Shown: positions 28,389 to 38,103, counted from the stretch's first letter. The stretch is DNA of 64,000 nucleotides from Treponemataceae bacterium (GCA_963667725.2 CAXXHO010000003.1:1728001-1792000), one strand, 5' to 3'. Notes: a model not told the origin generated them from the sequence alone. Program-made: numbers and translations.

Positions 28389-29765
28389 TCAGCGTTCGGA
28401 CAGGGCCGAAAGAATGGGCATGCGAGCCGCGGTCAGCGCGGGCGAAATTCCCGCCAGCATCGCGGTGAGGAAGCCGATCGCGAGGGATATGAGGATGTCG
28501 ACGGGCTGCAGGTCGCAGGTGAGCGAAAAGCGCGGAATGTCGAAGCTCGCGAGCGCGGCGCTGAATTCGAGAGGGGAGAATCCCAGCCACAGGGAGGCGA
28601 TGCCGCCAACACAGCAGCCGGCGAGGCTCCCGACGATGCCGATCACCAGCGCCTCGAAGAGGAAGATTTCGGCAATCTCGTTCCGAAGCCAGCCGGTAGC
28701 GCGCATCATGCCGATCTCGCGCTTGCGCTCGAAGACGGTCACCCTCATGGTGCCGGCCATCGTCGAGAGGGAAAGGAAAAGCAGGATGACGATGAAAATG
28801 GCGTAGAAGAAGCTGTCGGCCTTCGCGTCGTCGACGATGGCCTTGGCGTAGTTTTCCCAGCTTCTGAAAACGAGGCCGAGATCGGCGAAACGCTTCCGTT
28901 CCGACTGGGTTTCGAGCGTGACGAGGGCGCGCGTCCTGTCGACGGAACTTTTTCCTTCCGCCAGCCTGCAGTAGATCTTGTTGATCTTCCCCTCGGCGCC
29001 GAGGAAATCCTGCGCCTCGGCGAGGTCCATCATCACCATCGCGCGGTCCAGCGAGAGATAACCGGTGGAATAGATTCCCGAGATCCTCCAGTAATCCAGG
29101 TTGGGCGCGCCGTCCGTCGTGGTGGCCTGGATGCGGATCTCGTCGCCCACGGTAAGGGATAGCGTCTGGGCGAGTTTCTTCCCGATGACCACGCCGCGGG
29201 GGCCTGCCGCGGCGGGCAAGGCCCCCGCGGCGGCATCGGAGCCGGCTGGGGCATCGGCGACGCCGTCGCTGAATGCGCCGGCCACCATGCGGTCGTCGAT
29301 GGCCAGAAGTTCGACTTCCCGGGAAAACACCACGCCAGCGAGGGTCACCGACGCCACGCGCGCGCCGTCGCCCGCCAGGGCGGGGCTCATCAGGCGCGGG
29401 GCGGCGATCGGCGACCAATCCCTATCGCGTGAAGCTACAGCGCTCAAAAGATCGCCGCTCTGGACTATGCCTTCGTCGATGAGATTCTCGCGCTTGAGCC
29501 AGACGTCGGGATCGTCGTCATCGAAGGACACGCTCATGAATTGGCCCTGCGAGGTGGCGTAGTCGATGACGGAGGAGAACATGGTGCCCTCGTAGGTGCC
29601 GCGATAAAACGACAGGAAAAAAACCAGAGCCGCCACGGTGATGGCGATTCCTACGATGTTCACCGCCGCGCGAAGACCATGCCGTCGCACATTGAGGAAA
29701 GCGAGCGAGAGAAGACTCGTGGCTGGGATTCTTGTGAGGGCGTTGGGTTTGTCCGGTTCCGGCAT
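28389..29765 (-). CDS. ABC transporter permease (FtsX/LolE-like)
   Basis: AFLNVRRH, GKKLAQTL.L.VGD, VFERKREIGMMRATG. Confidence 0.85.
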   Translation of the reverse strand: MPEPDKPNALTRIPATSLLSLAFLNVRRHGLRAAVNIVGIAITVAALVFFLSFYRGTYEGTMFSSVIDYATSQGQFMSVSFDDDDPDVWLKRENLIDEGIVQSGDLLSAVASRDRDWSPIAAPRLMSPALAGDGARVASVTLAGVVFSREVELLAIDDRMVAGAFSDGVADAPAGSDAAAGALPAAAGPRGVVIGKKLAQTLSLTVGDEIRIQATTTDGAPNLDYWRISGIYSTGYLSLDRAMVMMDLAEAQDFLGAEGKINKIYCRLAEGKSSVDRTRALVTLETQSERKRFADLGLVFRSWENYAKAIVDDAKADSFFYAIFIVILLFLSLSTMAGTMRVTVFERKREIGMMRATGWLRNEIAEIFLFEALVIGIVGSLAGCCVGGIASLWLGFSPLEFSAALASFDIPRFSLTCDLQPVDILISLAIGFLTAMLAGISPALTAARMPILSALSER

Positions 29766-29851
29766 GCGGGCCTCTTCGCATCCGTCCTTTACGTTTTTTA
29801 GCTATGTCAGGACTCGGCACGTCCCAGAGGGATATGTCGGCTCCCGGGCAT

Positions 29852-29902
29852 AAAAAAACCCGCGGGAAGGATACTGATTAGAGTATGAATCCCACGGGTT
29901 TT
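29852..29902 (-). terminator. Intrinsic terminator inside the 5' leader of the ABC cassette
   Basis: Minus strand AAAACCCGTGGGA...TCCCGCGGGTTTTTTT, about 85 nt upstream of the ATG at 29765. Confidence 0.8.
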
Positions 29903-29993
29903 CGCCCGTTGCTTATCACCGCTCCAATGGAGGGGTTTCAGCCCGGAGCCTGTCGCGGGCGGCCTCTCGGACGGCCCCGCGATATCTCTTGTA
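29852..29993 (-). ncRNA. Candidate cis-regulatory leader RNA (riboswitch/attenuator of unrecognised class)
   Basis: Lies between a consensus promoter and a terminator; several stems, one of which (ACGGG/CCCGU) competes with the terminator. Confidence 0.6.
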
Positions 29994-29998
29994 CTGAA

Positions 29999-30027
29999 AC
30001 TATAGGCCGTCGGGGGAAGGTTGTCAA
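29999..30027 (-). promoter_or_regulatory. sigma70-type promoter for the leader and ABC cassette
   Basis: TTGACA-17nt-TATAGT. Confidence 0.75.
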
Positions 30028-30148
30028 TATTTTTTTCGCTTTGGGGTATAGTGACAACCCCTATCATTTTGTGATACTATCATACTGGTTGTTGGGCGCG
30101 GCAGGGAATCCAAGAAACATTGTCGGACTAATAAACTATAGGAGTGAT

Positions 30149-30841
30149 ATGGAGCTTGAGAAGAGTGTCGATTTCGACTTTTTCATCCGATTTGCGGAGG
30201 GATTGCAGAAGTTCCTCGGCGATAAGTGCGAGATCGTCATCCATGATTTTCGAAAAGGTTTCGAGCACACGATTGTGTACATCATCAATGGGCAGCTTAG
30301 TGGACGTGAGGTGGGCGGCCCTCCCCGCGGAGGCATGATCTCCAATTCCGGGAAGGACATAGAACCTTTCAAGGAGAGCAGGATCTACTTCTATAATGGC
30401 ACCAACGAGTCCAAGGGGCAGATATTCAAATCCTGCACCACCCTTATATGCGACGCCAACAGGAAGATCATTGGGTCGGTCTGCCTCAATCTCGAAATGT
30501 CCGATTTCATACTGGCGCAGAACGCGTTACAGAATTTTGTCCGCTACAACAATCCAGACATCTCCACGCTCAAGGAGGAGGATGTAGCTTTCGAGAATGT
30601 GGACGACGTGATGCGCTATTATATGGAACAATGCGAACAGGTCGTTGGCAAGCCGATGTCACTGATGAGCAAGAAGGAGAAGATAAAGGCGTTGGAGTAT
30701 CTCGACAGCAAGGGCGTCTTTAAGATCACGAAAGCCAGCGTGCTTCTTTGCCAAGCCTTCCATGTATCGAAATTCACGCTCTATAGCTACCTGGAAGAGG
30801 CGAAAGGTCTTCGGGAACCACCTGATCTGGAAAATTTGTAG
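30149..30841 (+). CDS. YheO/DauR-like PAS-HTH transcriptional regulator
   Basis: CEIVIHDF...I.NG.LSGR.VGGP...IIGSVCLN; C-terminal KIKALEYLDSKGVF...VSKFTLYSYL. Confidence 0.88.
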   Translation: MELEKSVDFDFFIRFAEGLQKFLGDKCEIVIHDFRKGFEHTIVYIINGQLSGREVGGPPRGGMISNSGKDIEPFKESRIYFYNGTNESKGQIFKSCTTLICDANRKIIGSVCLNLEMSDFILAQNALQNFVRYNNPDISTLKEEDVAFENVDDVMRYYMEQCEQVVGKPMSLMSKKEKIKALEYLDSKGVFKITKASVLLCQAFHVSKFTLYSYLEEAKGLREPPDLENL

Positions 30842-30970
30842 GTTTGAATACCAGCGTATAACGGGTTCTGACAATCGTCAGGACCCGTTTTTTTTACCTT
30901 TCCCCACTATTGATATGATCGGGGACAAAGGTGAGACGCAATTTTTTTGCATATATAATTAAAAAAGTTA

Positions 30971-30999
30971 TTGCCAGATTCGAGAAGTGCATCTATACT
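30971..30999 (+). promoter_or_regulatory. sigma70-type promoter of the catabolic cluster
   Basis: TTGCCA-17nt-TATACT in an AT-rich spacer, followed by the palindrome TTAGT-ATG-ACTAA (31017-31029). Confidence 0.55.
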
Positions 31000-31211
31000 C
31001 TCAATAAAACATACAGTTAGTATGACTAAATTACTGAATGTATGATTAGGAGAAACATCAATGCCCTTAAAGAGCGCCTCGGCATAAACCGTGTCATACC
31101 TGCTCCAGGGGCTCGATAAAAAGGGTTGTAACAAATATCCGTCGCTAACTCGTCGTACGAGAGATCCTATAAGAAATTGTTCTGGGGCTAGACCTCAAAA
31201 AGGAGACAATT

Positions 31212-32777
31212 GTGGCTGAAACAGCGAACTCAATGCAAAAAAAAGAGTCGGGATTTGGTCGTTTCCTGCATGGCGTTGAAGTTGTTGGCAACAAATTGCC
31301 CGACACGGTAATTATCTTTATTGTGCTGGACATTGTGGTCGTATTGATTTCCTGGATGGGAAGTCTCTTCGGATGGTCCACGGTTCATCCGGGGACCGGC
31401 AAAGCAGTAAGCGTCTACAATCTTCTGAGCCCGGAAGGCCTGCAATATATGTTCACCAACATGTACCAGAACTTCTCCTCCTTCGCTCCGTTTTCCATCG
31501 CCATGCCGCTTTTCCTGGCGGTTGGTATTATGAATGTGTCGGGGTTGATGGAATCGCTCTTTGTCGGATTGGGATCAAAAGTGAAGCCCCAGCTGTTGAC
31601 GGTCATCATCATTTTCATTGGCGTAATGTCCAATCTTATGTCTGACGCAGGTTTTGCCATACTCCCCCCCTTGGCAGCAATGCTCTTCATGTCGGTAGGC
31701 CGCAATCCAATATTGGGAATGTGCTGCGCATACACCGCCTGCGGAGCCGGCATGGCCGCCAATCTGCTTATAGGCATTTCCGACGCGCGCATATCGGCCA
31801 CCTCTCAGGCGGCTGCTCAGATCCTCGATCCAGCCATGGTAGTCCTGCCGACCTGCAACTGGTACTTCATCGCGGCGGCAGCCATCGTCCTGACCATCGC
31901 GGCCGCTTGGGCAACCGATAAGTGGTTGGAACCCCGCATGCCCCGCACAGGTGATTGGAACAACGAGGAGTTTGGCGTCAAGAAAGTCGACCTTGCCTCG
32001 TATCACGCCACGCCCCTTCAGAAGAAAGGCATGGTTGCGGCAGGACTCTCTCTATTGATTCTCGCCGCAATCGTACTCATCGGCGTCTTGCCTTCGTGGG
32101 GATTTTTCCGGACCAAGGACGGGCCGTCAATTTTCGGCGCCCAAGCAACCCAACTAGGAGCGATTGTCACCGCCATAATCTTCTTTATCGGCGTTCCAGG
32201 CATCGTCTACGGCAAGGTTGTCGGGACGGTTCCCGACGGAAAGGCCCTCAGCTCGGCAATGGCCAGAGGCGTCACAGACATCGCCCCATTTATCGTCCTC
32301 TGCTTCTTCGCGGGCCAATTCACCGCATGGTTCGCTAAGAGCAACCTCGGCATCGTCTTCTCCATCAATGGCGCCAATTTCCTTCGCAATATTGGCTTAA
32401 GCGGGTTACCGCTCATGATATGCCTGATACTCCTGACTATAGTCCTTGATATTTTCCTTCCAAGCTCGAATGCGAAGTGGGCTATTCTGGCGCCGGTTCT
32501 CATACCGATGTTCATGTTGCTCGGCTACCACCCGGCAATGACACAGATGGTGTACCGCATAGGCGACTCGATCGTGAACTCGATCACGCCGCTGATGGCT
32601 TTCTTCGCCTTGCTGCTCGGCTTGGCCAAGCAATACGATAAAAAAGCGGGCATCGGAACCGTTATGTCGTTGTTGATGCCATATACCTTGATCTACGGAA
32701 TCGCCTGGACCCTTTTATTCGTTATCTGGTTCCTGTTCAAGCTCCCGCTTGGTCCTGGAGGCCCATTGTTCCTTTAA
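31212..32777 (+). CDS. AbgT-family transporter
   Basis: VE.VGNKLPD, NLLSPEGL, SDAG, GRNPILG, SSNAKWAILAP, YRIGDS..N.ITP, LPLGPG. Confidence 0.92.
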   Translation: MAETANSMQKKESGFGRFLHGVEVVGNKLPDTVIIFIVLDIVVVLISWMGSLFGWSTVHPGTGKAVSVYNLLSPEGLQYMFTNMYQNFSSFAPFSIAMPLFLAVGIMNVSGLMESLFVGLGSKVKPQLLTVIIIFIGVMSNLMSDAGFAILPPLAAMLFMSVGRNPILGMCCAYTACGAGMAANLLIGISDARISATSQAAAQILDPAMVVLPTCNWYFIAAAAIVLTIAAAWATDKWLEPRMPRTGDWNNEEFGVKKVDLASYHATPLQKKGMVAAGLSLLILAAIVLIGVLPSWGFFRTKDGPSIFGAQATQLGAIVTAIIFFIGVPGIVYGKVVGTVPDGKALSSAMARGVTDIAPFIVLCFFAGQFTAWFAKSNLGIVFSINGANFLRNIGLSGLPLMICLILLTIVLDIFLPSSNAKWAILAPVLIPMFMLLGYHPAMTQMVYRIGDSIVNSITPLMAFFALLLGLAKQYDKKAGIGTVMSLLMPYTLIYGIAWTLLFVIWFLFKLPLGPGGPLFL

Positions 32778-32851
32778 GCACGTATATAAAATTGGTTGGG
32801 CGGTTGCGAATCGCCGCCCGCAATGCCATTTCTTGGGAGAATAATGCAACC

Positions 32852-33973
32852 ATGAAGATCGAACGTATAGAATATATACCGGTGCGGATCGCGAAGCGTG
32901 GCGCCAAAAACGGCCTTGAGTGGAAGACGGCGCTGGGCAATAATCCCTACGGCGATGCCGTCATCGTCATTCTTCACGTCGAAGGTGGCAACTTCGGTCT
33001 GGGAGAGGTGTCGTCCATTTGGGACGGCGGCGCAGGCAACCTCGTCGCGGGGTTCGGGAAAAGGATAGCCGATTCGATAATCGGGCTGGATGTCTTCTCG
33101 GTCTCCGATGCGGTCGCCCGGATGGACAAGGCGGTGGTCTGGAGCAAAAACCCCCTCTGCCTGAAGGCCGGCATCGAGATGGCCATGTATGACCTGATCG
33201 GCAAGCTCAAGGAGATGCCGGTCTACCAGCTGCTCGGCGGCAAGCGCCGAGAGAGCGTCCCCCTTTCCCATTCGGTTTCGATGGGCACGGTCGAGGAACA
33301 GATCGTCCAAGTGACCGAGCATGTAGCCAGCGGTTTTAAGACGGTGAAGGTGAAGGTCGGCATCGATTTTGAGCGCGACCTGGCGGCTGTGCGCGCCATA
33401 CGCGAGCGATTCGGCCCCGAACTCGGCATCCGCGTGGACGCGAACATGGGATGGCGAGATCAGAAAATGCTTCTCAATGTCGCCTATCAGCTTTCAGCGT
33501 TAGGAGTGCTCTCGATCGAGCAGCCCTTCGCCCCCCACGAGCTTGATAAACTCGCATTTCTGCGCGAGCGCAGCCCGATTCCCGTCATGCTCGACGAGAG
33601 CGTATGGGATCCCGTGGATGCCTTGAAGGCGATCAAAGCCGGCGCGGGGGATATCTTCAATATTTATGTCAGCGAGTCCGGCGGGCTCAACAAAGCGATG
33701 CAGATAGCGAATCTTTGCGAGACGGCGGGAGTGGGCTTCTGCATCGGCAGCATGCCTGAATTCGGCATCGGGACCGCGGCTGAGCTTCACTTGGGCATCG
33801 CCGCGCCGCGCATCGATCATCCCAGCGACGTGATCGGCAATCTTTATTTCGAAGACGACGTCATAGTTGAGGTCCTGCCGGTAAAGGAAGGCTTCGCCTA
33901 TGCGGTCGATCGTCCGGGTCTCGGGGTCAGCCTCGATTGGGATAAGGTAGAGAAATACCGCACCGACAAATAA
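32852..33973 (+). CDS. Enolase-superfamily enzyme, MLE/dipeptide-epimerase subgroup
   Basis: DLIGK...PVYQLLGG, KVKVG, metal ligands RVDAN / IEQP / LDES, PGLGV. Confidence 0.88.
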   Translation: MKIERIEYIPVRIAKRGAKNGLEWKTALGNNPYGDAVIVILHVEGGNFGLGEVSSIWDGGAGNLVAGFGKRIADSIIGLDVFSVSDAVARMDKAVVWSKNPLCLKAGIEMAMYDLIGKLKEMPVYQLLGGKRRESVPLSHSVSMGTVEEQIVQVTEHVASGFKTVKVKVGIDFERDLAAVRAIRERFGPELGIRVDANMGWRDQKMLLNVAYQLSALGVLSIEQPFAPHELDKLAFLRERSPIPVMLDESVWDPVDALKAIKAGAGDIFNIYVSESGGLNKAMQIANLCETAGVGFCIGSMPEFGIGTAAELHLGIAAPRIDHPSDVIGNLYFEDDVIVEVLPVKEGFAYAVDRPGLGVSLDWDKVEKYRTDK

Positions 33974-34024
33974 GGCGCGGTTGAACAAGGCGCCCTTCGG
34001 GACGCCAAAGAGAGGCAGAACAAA

Positions 34025-34852
34025 TTGATCGGCAATGATTTTCCCAGCGAGATAGAGGCGCTCGACTTTCTCGATTTCTCCGTGAGCTTCGGACGCCCAC
34101 CCGTACCGTTCACCGGGGCTTGGGTGGACAAGGCGGGGCTGCTGGCCGAGATGAAACGCGTGGGTATCAGGCAGGCCGCTCCGTATCATATCCTGAGCAA
34201 ATCCTACGACGCGGACTACGGCAACAAGCTCATTCTCGAAGAGCTGAAAGACGCGCCCGAATTGATTCCGACATGGGCCGCCGTACCCAGCGAAGAGGGG
34301 ATGGGATGTTCACCCTGCGCCTTCGCTGACATGTTTGAAAAAAGCGGGGCGAAGGCTGTCAGGCTCTTCCCCTCATCGACAGGCAATCCCGCCATCGCCA
34401 CCCGATACGCTTTCGCCAAATGGTTCTATGGGGATTATCTGGAAGAACTGCAGAAGCGACAAATTCCCATTGTGCTCGAGTTTTCCCCTGGCCGGCGCGA
34501 TGAACCGGCTTGGGATAAACTCTGCGGCGTCGCCGGAGAATTCCCAACCCTGCCGATCGTGCTCTCCGACGGATTCCAGAGGACGACCTGGTCGCTCATA
34601 AAGATGATGCGCGCTTTTCCCAATCTCTATGTCCAAACCTCCGGCCTGGACGTGCACCGCCAGCTCGAATACATGGTGCAACAAGTGGGGCCGCGGCGTT
34701 TCATAGCGGGCTCCAAATTCCCCGTCTCCACCATGGGCACGATGGTGGGGCAGGTCCTTTTCTCCAACCTGCCGATCGAGCAAAAGAGACTGATCGCCGG
34801 CGGCAACGCGCGCCGGCTGATGAAGATCGCCTCGCTGAAAGGGGAGTGCTGA
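34025..34852 (+). CDS. Amidohydrolase_2-fold protein lacking the HxH metal motif
   Basis: TTG start; N-terminal FLDFSVSFG, AVRLFP, FPNLYV, FIAGSKFP, IAGGNARRL. Confidence 0.7.
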   Translation: MIGNDFPSEIEALDFLDFSVSFGRPPVPFTGAWVDKAGLLAEMKRVGIRQAAPYHILSKSYDADYGNKLILEELKDAPELIPTWAAVPSEEGMGCSPCAFADMFEKSGAKAVRLFPSSTGNPAIATRYAFAKWFYGDYLEELQKRQIPIVLEFSPGRRDEPAWDKLCGVAGEFPTLPIVLSDGFQRTTWSLIKMMRAFPNLYVQTSGLDVHRQLEYMVQQVGPRRFIAGSKFPVSTMGTMVGQVLFSNLPIEQKRLIAGGNARRLMKIASLKGEC

Positions 34853-34853
34853 C

Positions 34854-35654
34854 ATGAGCGCCAACAAGACATATAGAATCATCGATTCCCACGCCCATAT
34901 GGGACCGGTCTGGAACTTCTATCTCCCGTATAACGACGAACAGGGGATGCTCGACAACATGGATCGGCTGGGCGTCGACACCGTGGTTTTCTCTTCCAAC
35001 CTGGCCGTGACCGCCGATGTGGAACGGGGCAACCGCTATACCCTGGAAGTCTGCCTGCGCCATCCCGGACGATACCTGGGCATGTACGCGGTGAACCCCA
35101 ACTATCCCGAAGTGGCGGCCAAAGAGATGGACAAATACTTTACCCATAAGGAAATCGTCGGCATCAAGATTCATCCAGAACTTTCAGGCGATTACCCGCT
35201 GAACGGGAAAAACTGCGCACCGATGTTCCGCTACGCGAGCGAGCGCAAGATTCCCATCCTGAGCCACACGTACTACGGCGGCGACAAGCTCAGCGTCTTC
35301 GAGGAGCTGGCGAGGGAATATCCCGACGCCCCGCTCATAATCGGCCACGGCGCCCTCGATCTCGGCACCGGCAAGGCGATCGATCTGTGCAATAAATACC
35401 CCAATCTCTATTACGACCTCTGCAGCCCTGTCAACAAACGCTATGGGGCGCTGCTGCTCGTCGACCGGGAACTGGATCCCGATAAAGCGCTCTATGGCAC
35501 TGACGTTCCGTGGAACGACCCGGCGGTCAGCCTGGGCTCGGTGCTTTTCAGCGGCGTCGCTCCCGAAAAGCTGCGCAAATGGTTCAGCGGCAACTTCCTG
35601 CGGCTCTACGCGAGGGCGGCGACAGCGCTCGACGGCGAATCCGCGCAACGGTGA
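34854..35654 (+). CDS. Amidohydrolase_2-family metallo-hydrolase
   Basis: IIDSHAH, GIKIHP, ILSH, IIGH, LYGTDVPW. Confidence 0.85.
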   Translation: MSANKTYRIIDSHAHMGPVWNFYLPYNDEQGMLDNMDRLGVDTVVFSSNLAVTADVERGNRYTLEVCLRHPGRYLGMYAVNPNYPEVAAKEMDKYFTHKEIVGIKIHPELSGDYPLNGKNCAPMFRYASERKIPILSHTYYGGDKLSVFEELAREYPDAPLIIGHGALDLGTGKAIDLCNKYPNLYYDLCSPVNKRYGALLLVDRELDPDKALYGTDVPWNDPAVSLGSVLFSGVAPEKLRKWFSGNFLRLYARAATALDGESAQR

Positions 35655-35712
35655 AGACATCGAAGCCAAAGCCGAATCATAAGGCGGTCTTCGAAATACA
35701 ACAGGAGAGAAC

Positions 35713-36792
35713 ATGAACTTTGATCGAAAGTCAGTCAAAGACGATTTTGTGGCGAGCATCGCGACCCTGTGCGGGACGCACGGCGCTTCCGGCTTCGAAG
35801 ACGAGATGGTCGAGCTGGTGAAAAACATGGTTCGGGGCTATGTCGATGAGACGAAGACCGACGTGATGAACAACCTCATCGCCTTCAAGAAAGGAAACGG
35901 CAAGATGAAGGTGATGGTCGTCGCCCACACGGACGAAATCGGCCTCATCGTCAAGAAAATCGACCAGAAGGGATTTCTCTGGTTCGACACCCTGGGAGGA
36001 ATCAGGCCTCAAGCCCTTTTCGGAAAGCATGTTGTAGTGAAAACGTCTTCCGGGCTGGTAGACGGCCTCGTAAATTATATAAAGCCCGGACGAGTGGACG
36101 CCATGGAGCAGATGCCCGATCTTCAGGATTTCTTCATCGATATCGGCGCGAAAAATCTGGCGGAAGCCGAGGAGATGGGGCTCGAGATCGGAAATTCGGT
36201 ATCCATCGATTATCCCGTCTATTTCCTCGGCAAAGACAAGAATCGCGTGGCGGGCAAGGCCCTCGACGACAGAGCATGCGTCTTTCAGCTCATCGAGCTC
36301 ATGAAACTGCTCAAAGACGATGAAGACTGTCCCGATGTCTACGCCGTGTTCTCCTCCCAGGAAGAAGTGGGCTGCCGCGGCGCCAAGACCGCAGCCTATA
36401 CGATCGAGCCCGATGTGGCGATTTCACTGGACATCTCCATATCCAACGACATTCCCGACGTAGCCGAACGCAAGATCATCACCGCCCTCGACAAGGGCCC
36501 CGTCATCAAGGTCATGGACAGGTCGAAGACCACGTCGGTGGGCGTGCTTTCCGCGCCGAAAGTGGTGAGCGCGATGAAGGAAGCGGCGAAGGCGGCGGGC
36601 CTTTCCTATCAACTAGAGGTGTATTCGGCGGGGACGACGGACTCCGCCACGATGCACCTGGAGAGAGGCGGCATCGCCTCCGGAGGCGTATTGCTTCCCA
36701 CGCGTTATGTCCACAGCTATGAACTCGCGTCGGTAAATGACCTCGTCGATGGCGTCGAGCTTCTGTATCGCTATGTAAAGTCTTTGGCGTGA
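35713..36792 (+). CDS. M42-family (TET) aminopeptidase
   Basis: SGFE, AHTDEIG, KALDDR, QEEVGCRGA, GTTD, RYVHS. Confidence 0.9.
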   Translation: MNFDRKSVKDDFVASIATLCGTHGASGFEDEMVELVKNMVRGYVDETKTDVMNNLIAFKKGNGKMKVMVVAHTDEIGLIVKKIDQKGFLWFDTLGGIRPQALFGKHVVVKTSSGLVDGLVNYIKPGRVDAMEQMPDLQDFFIDIGAKNLAEAEEMGLEIGNSVSIDYPVYFLGKDKNRVAGKALDDRACVFQLIELMKLLKDDEDCPDVYAVFSSQEEVGCRGAKTAAYTIEPDVAISLDISISNDIPDVAERKIITALDKGPVIKVMDRSKTTSVGVLSAPKVVSAMKEAAKAAGLSYQLEVYSAGTTDSATMHLERGGIASGGVLLPTRYVHSYELASVNDLVDGVELLYRYVKSLA

Positions 36793-37322
36793 AAGAAGCG
36801 TGTATGGAAAAGAAAACCGATATGGACATCTACGAAAGGCTCAAGCAACTTTTGGCCGAATTGCCGCCGCACACTTCTCCGAATGGAAGCTACACGCTGA
36901 TGGCGGAGTTCGGCGGGCATTACTTGTATACCTCCGGAACCGGCTGCGCCTCGGGAGGAAAGCCCCTCGTCGTGGGCAGATTGGGAGAAGAAGTCTCGAT
37001 CGCGGACGGGCAGCGCGCGGCGCGTCAGTGCGTGCTGAACGTACTCTCCAACGCGAACGCCTACCTCGGGGACCTGAATCGCATAGGTCGCGTGGTCAAG
37101 ACCACGGTCTTCATCGCCTGCGGGGAAGCCTTTGGCGACCAGAGCGTCGTGGCCGAGGGCGCTTCCGAACTTCTCTGCGCGCTGTTCGGCGCGGAGGGAC
37201 GGGGGGTGCGCAGCGCTATCGGCGTGAGTGCCCTTCCAAAAAACCAAGCGGTGGAAATCGAGATGATTTTCGAGTTGAAGGAAATCGGAAAGGAGCGACC
37301 GAATGCTAATCCACTGGAATGA
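36789..37322 (+). CDS. RidA/YjgF-family imine/enamine deaminase
   Basis: LYTSG, GRLG, VAEGASELL..LFG..G..VRSAIG...LP....VEIE (catalytic Arg retained). Confidence 0.85.
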   Translation: MKEACMEKKTDMDIYERLKQLLAELPPHTSPNGSYTLMAEFGGHYLYTSGTGCASGGKPLVVGRLGEEVSIADGQRAARQCVLNVLSNANAYLGDLNRIGRVVKTTVFIACGEAFGDQSVVAEGASELLCALFGAEGRGVRSAIGVSALPKNQAVEIEMIFELKEIGKERPNANPLE

Positions 37323-38064
37323 GTTGAGCAAGGATCAGTTCAAGCGGTACCGCGATACGGCGACCGTCGCCATCAACTTCGCCTCCACCGAACAGCACTC
37401 GAGACACCTCCCGGTAGGCACCGACGCGATTCTCGGCAAGGCGGTACTGGAAGAGGCGGCCCGGCTGGCCGCTTCCCCCATGCTCGTCCTGCCGCAGGCC
37501 TGTTATGGCTATTCTCCCCACCACCGTTTCGCGCCGGGCTATGTCACCATCTCGCAGAACACGCTGATTTCCCACGCTCGGGACATATGCAAAAGCGTCT
37601 ACGAGAATGGTTTCAAAAGGATGTTCCTTGTCAATTCCCATGGCGGCAACCAGGTCTATCTCTCCGCCGTCATCAACGAGATCGGCGAGGAATATGGCGA
37701 GAAGTTTTCCCTCATGGAACTGCGGTACTGGGATGTAGCGGGCCCTCGCATCATGGAGATACGCGATTCGGCGTTGGGCGGCACAGGACACGCCTGCGAA
37801 TTCGAAACCTCGATGATGATGCATCTGCGGCCCGACCTGGTGCAGGCGGATAAAATCGCCGAATGCCCTCCGGTGCCAGGGGACCCATGGTTCCAGATGG
37901 ACCTGCTGGGGTTCAAGAAATACCTCAAGTTCTCCAATTTCAATATCTACAACCCCGACGGCCACGTCGGGCAGCCGCATCTGGCGACAGCCGAAAAAGG
38001 CAGGCTGTTCTTTGAGGCGGTCACCGAGGAACTGGCGAAATTCTTTGACTATTTCCATGTCTGA
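37303..38064 (+). CDS. Creatininase-family amidohydrolase
   Basis: STEQHSRHLPVGTD, YGYSPHH, NSHGGN, GHACEFETS, G..G.P.LATAEKG. Confidence 0.9.
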   Translation: MLIHWNELSKDQFKRYRDTATVAINFASTEQHSRHLPVGTDAILGKAVLEEAARLAASPMLVLPQACYGYSPHHRFAPGYVTISQNTLISHARDICKSVYENGFKRMFLVNSHGGNQVYLSAVINEIGEEYGEKFSLMELRYWDVAGPRIMEIRDSALGGTGHACEFETSMMMHLRPDLVQADKIAECPPVPGDPWFQMDLLGFKKYLKFSNFNIYNPDGHVGQPHLATAEKGRLFFEAVTEELAKFFDYFHV

Positions 38065-38103
38065 AAACCGATGATGAGGCGCTGAATTCGAAGGAGTTAT
38101 TTA

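Noticed and set aside
29940..29985. PyrR-binding loop or T-box in the ABC-cassette leader
   Set aside because: GUCCGAGAGG is one base short of the ARUCCNGNGAGGYU consensus, the downstream genes are not pyr genes, and no UGGNACC T-box bulge is present. Kept only as an unclassified leader.
29885..30148. N-terminal extension of the YheO-like regulator in the ORF track
   Set aside because: It overlaps the opposite-strand promoter and leader; an AGGAG RBS supports ATG 30149.
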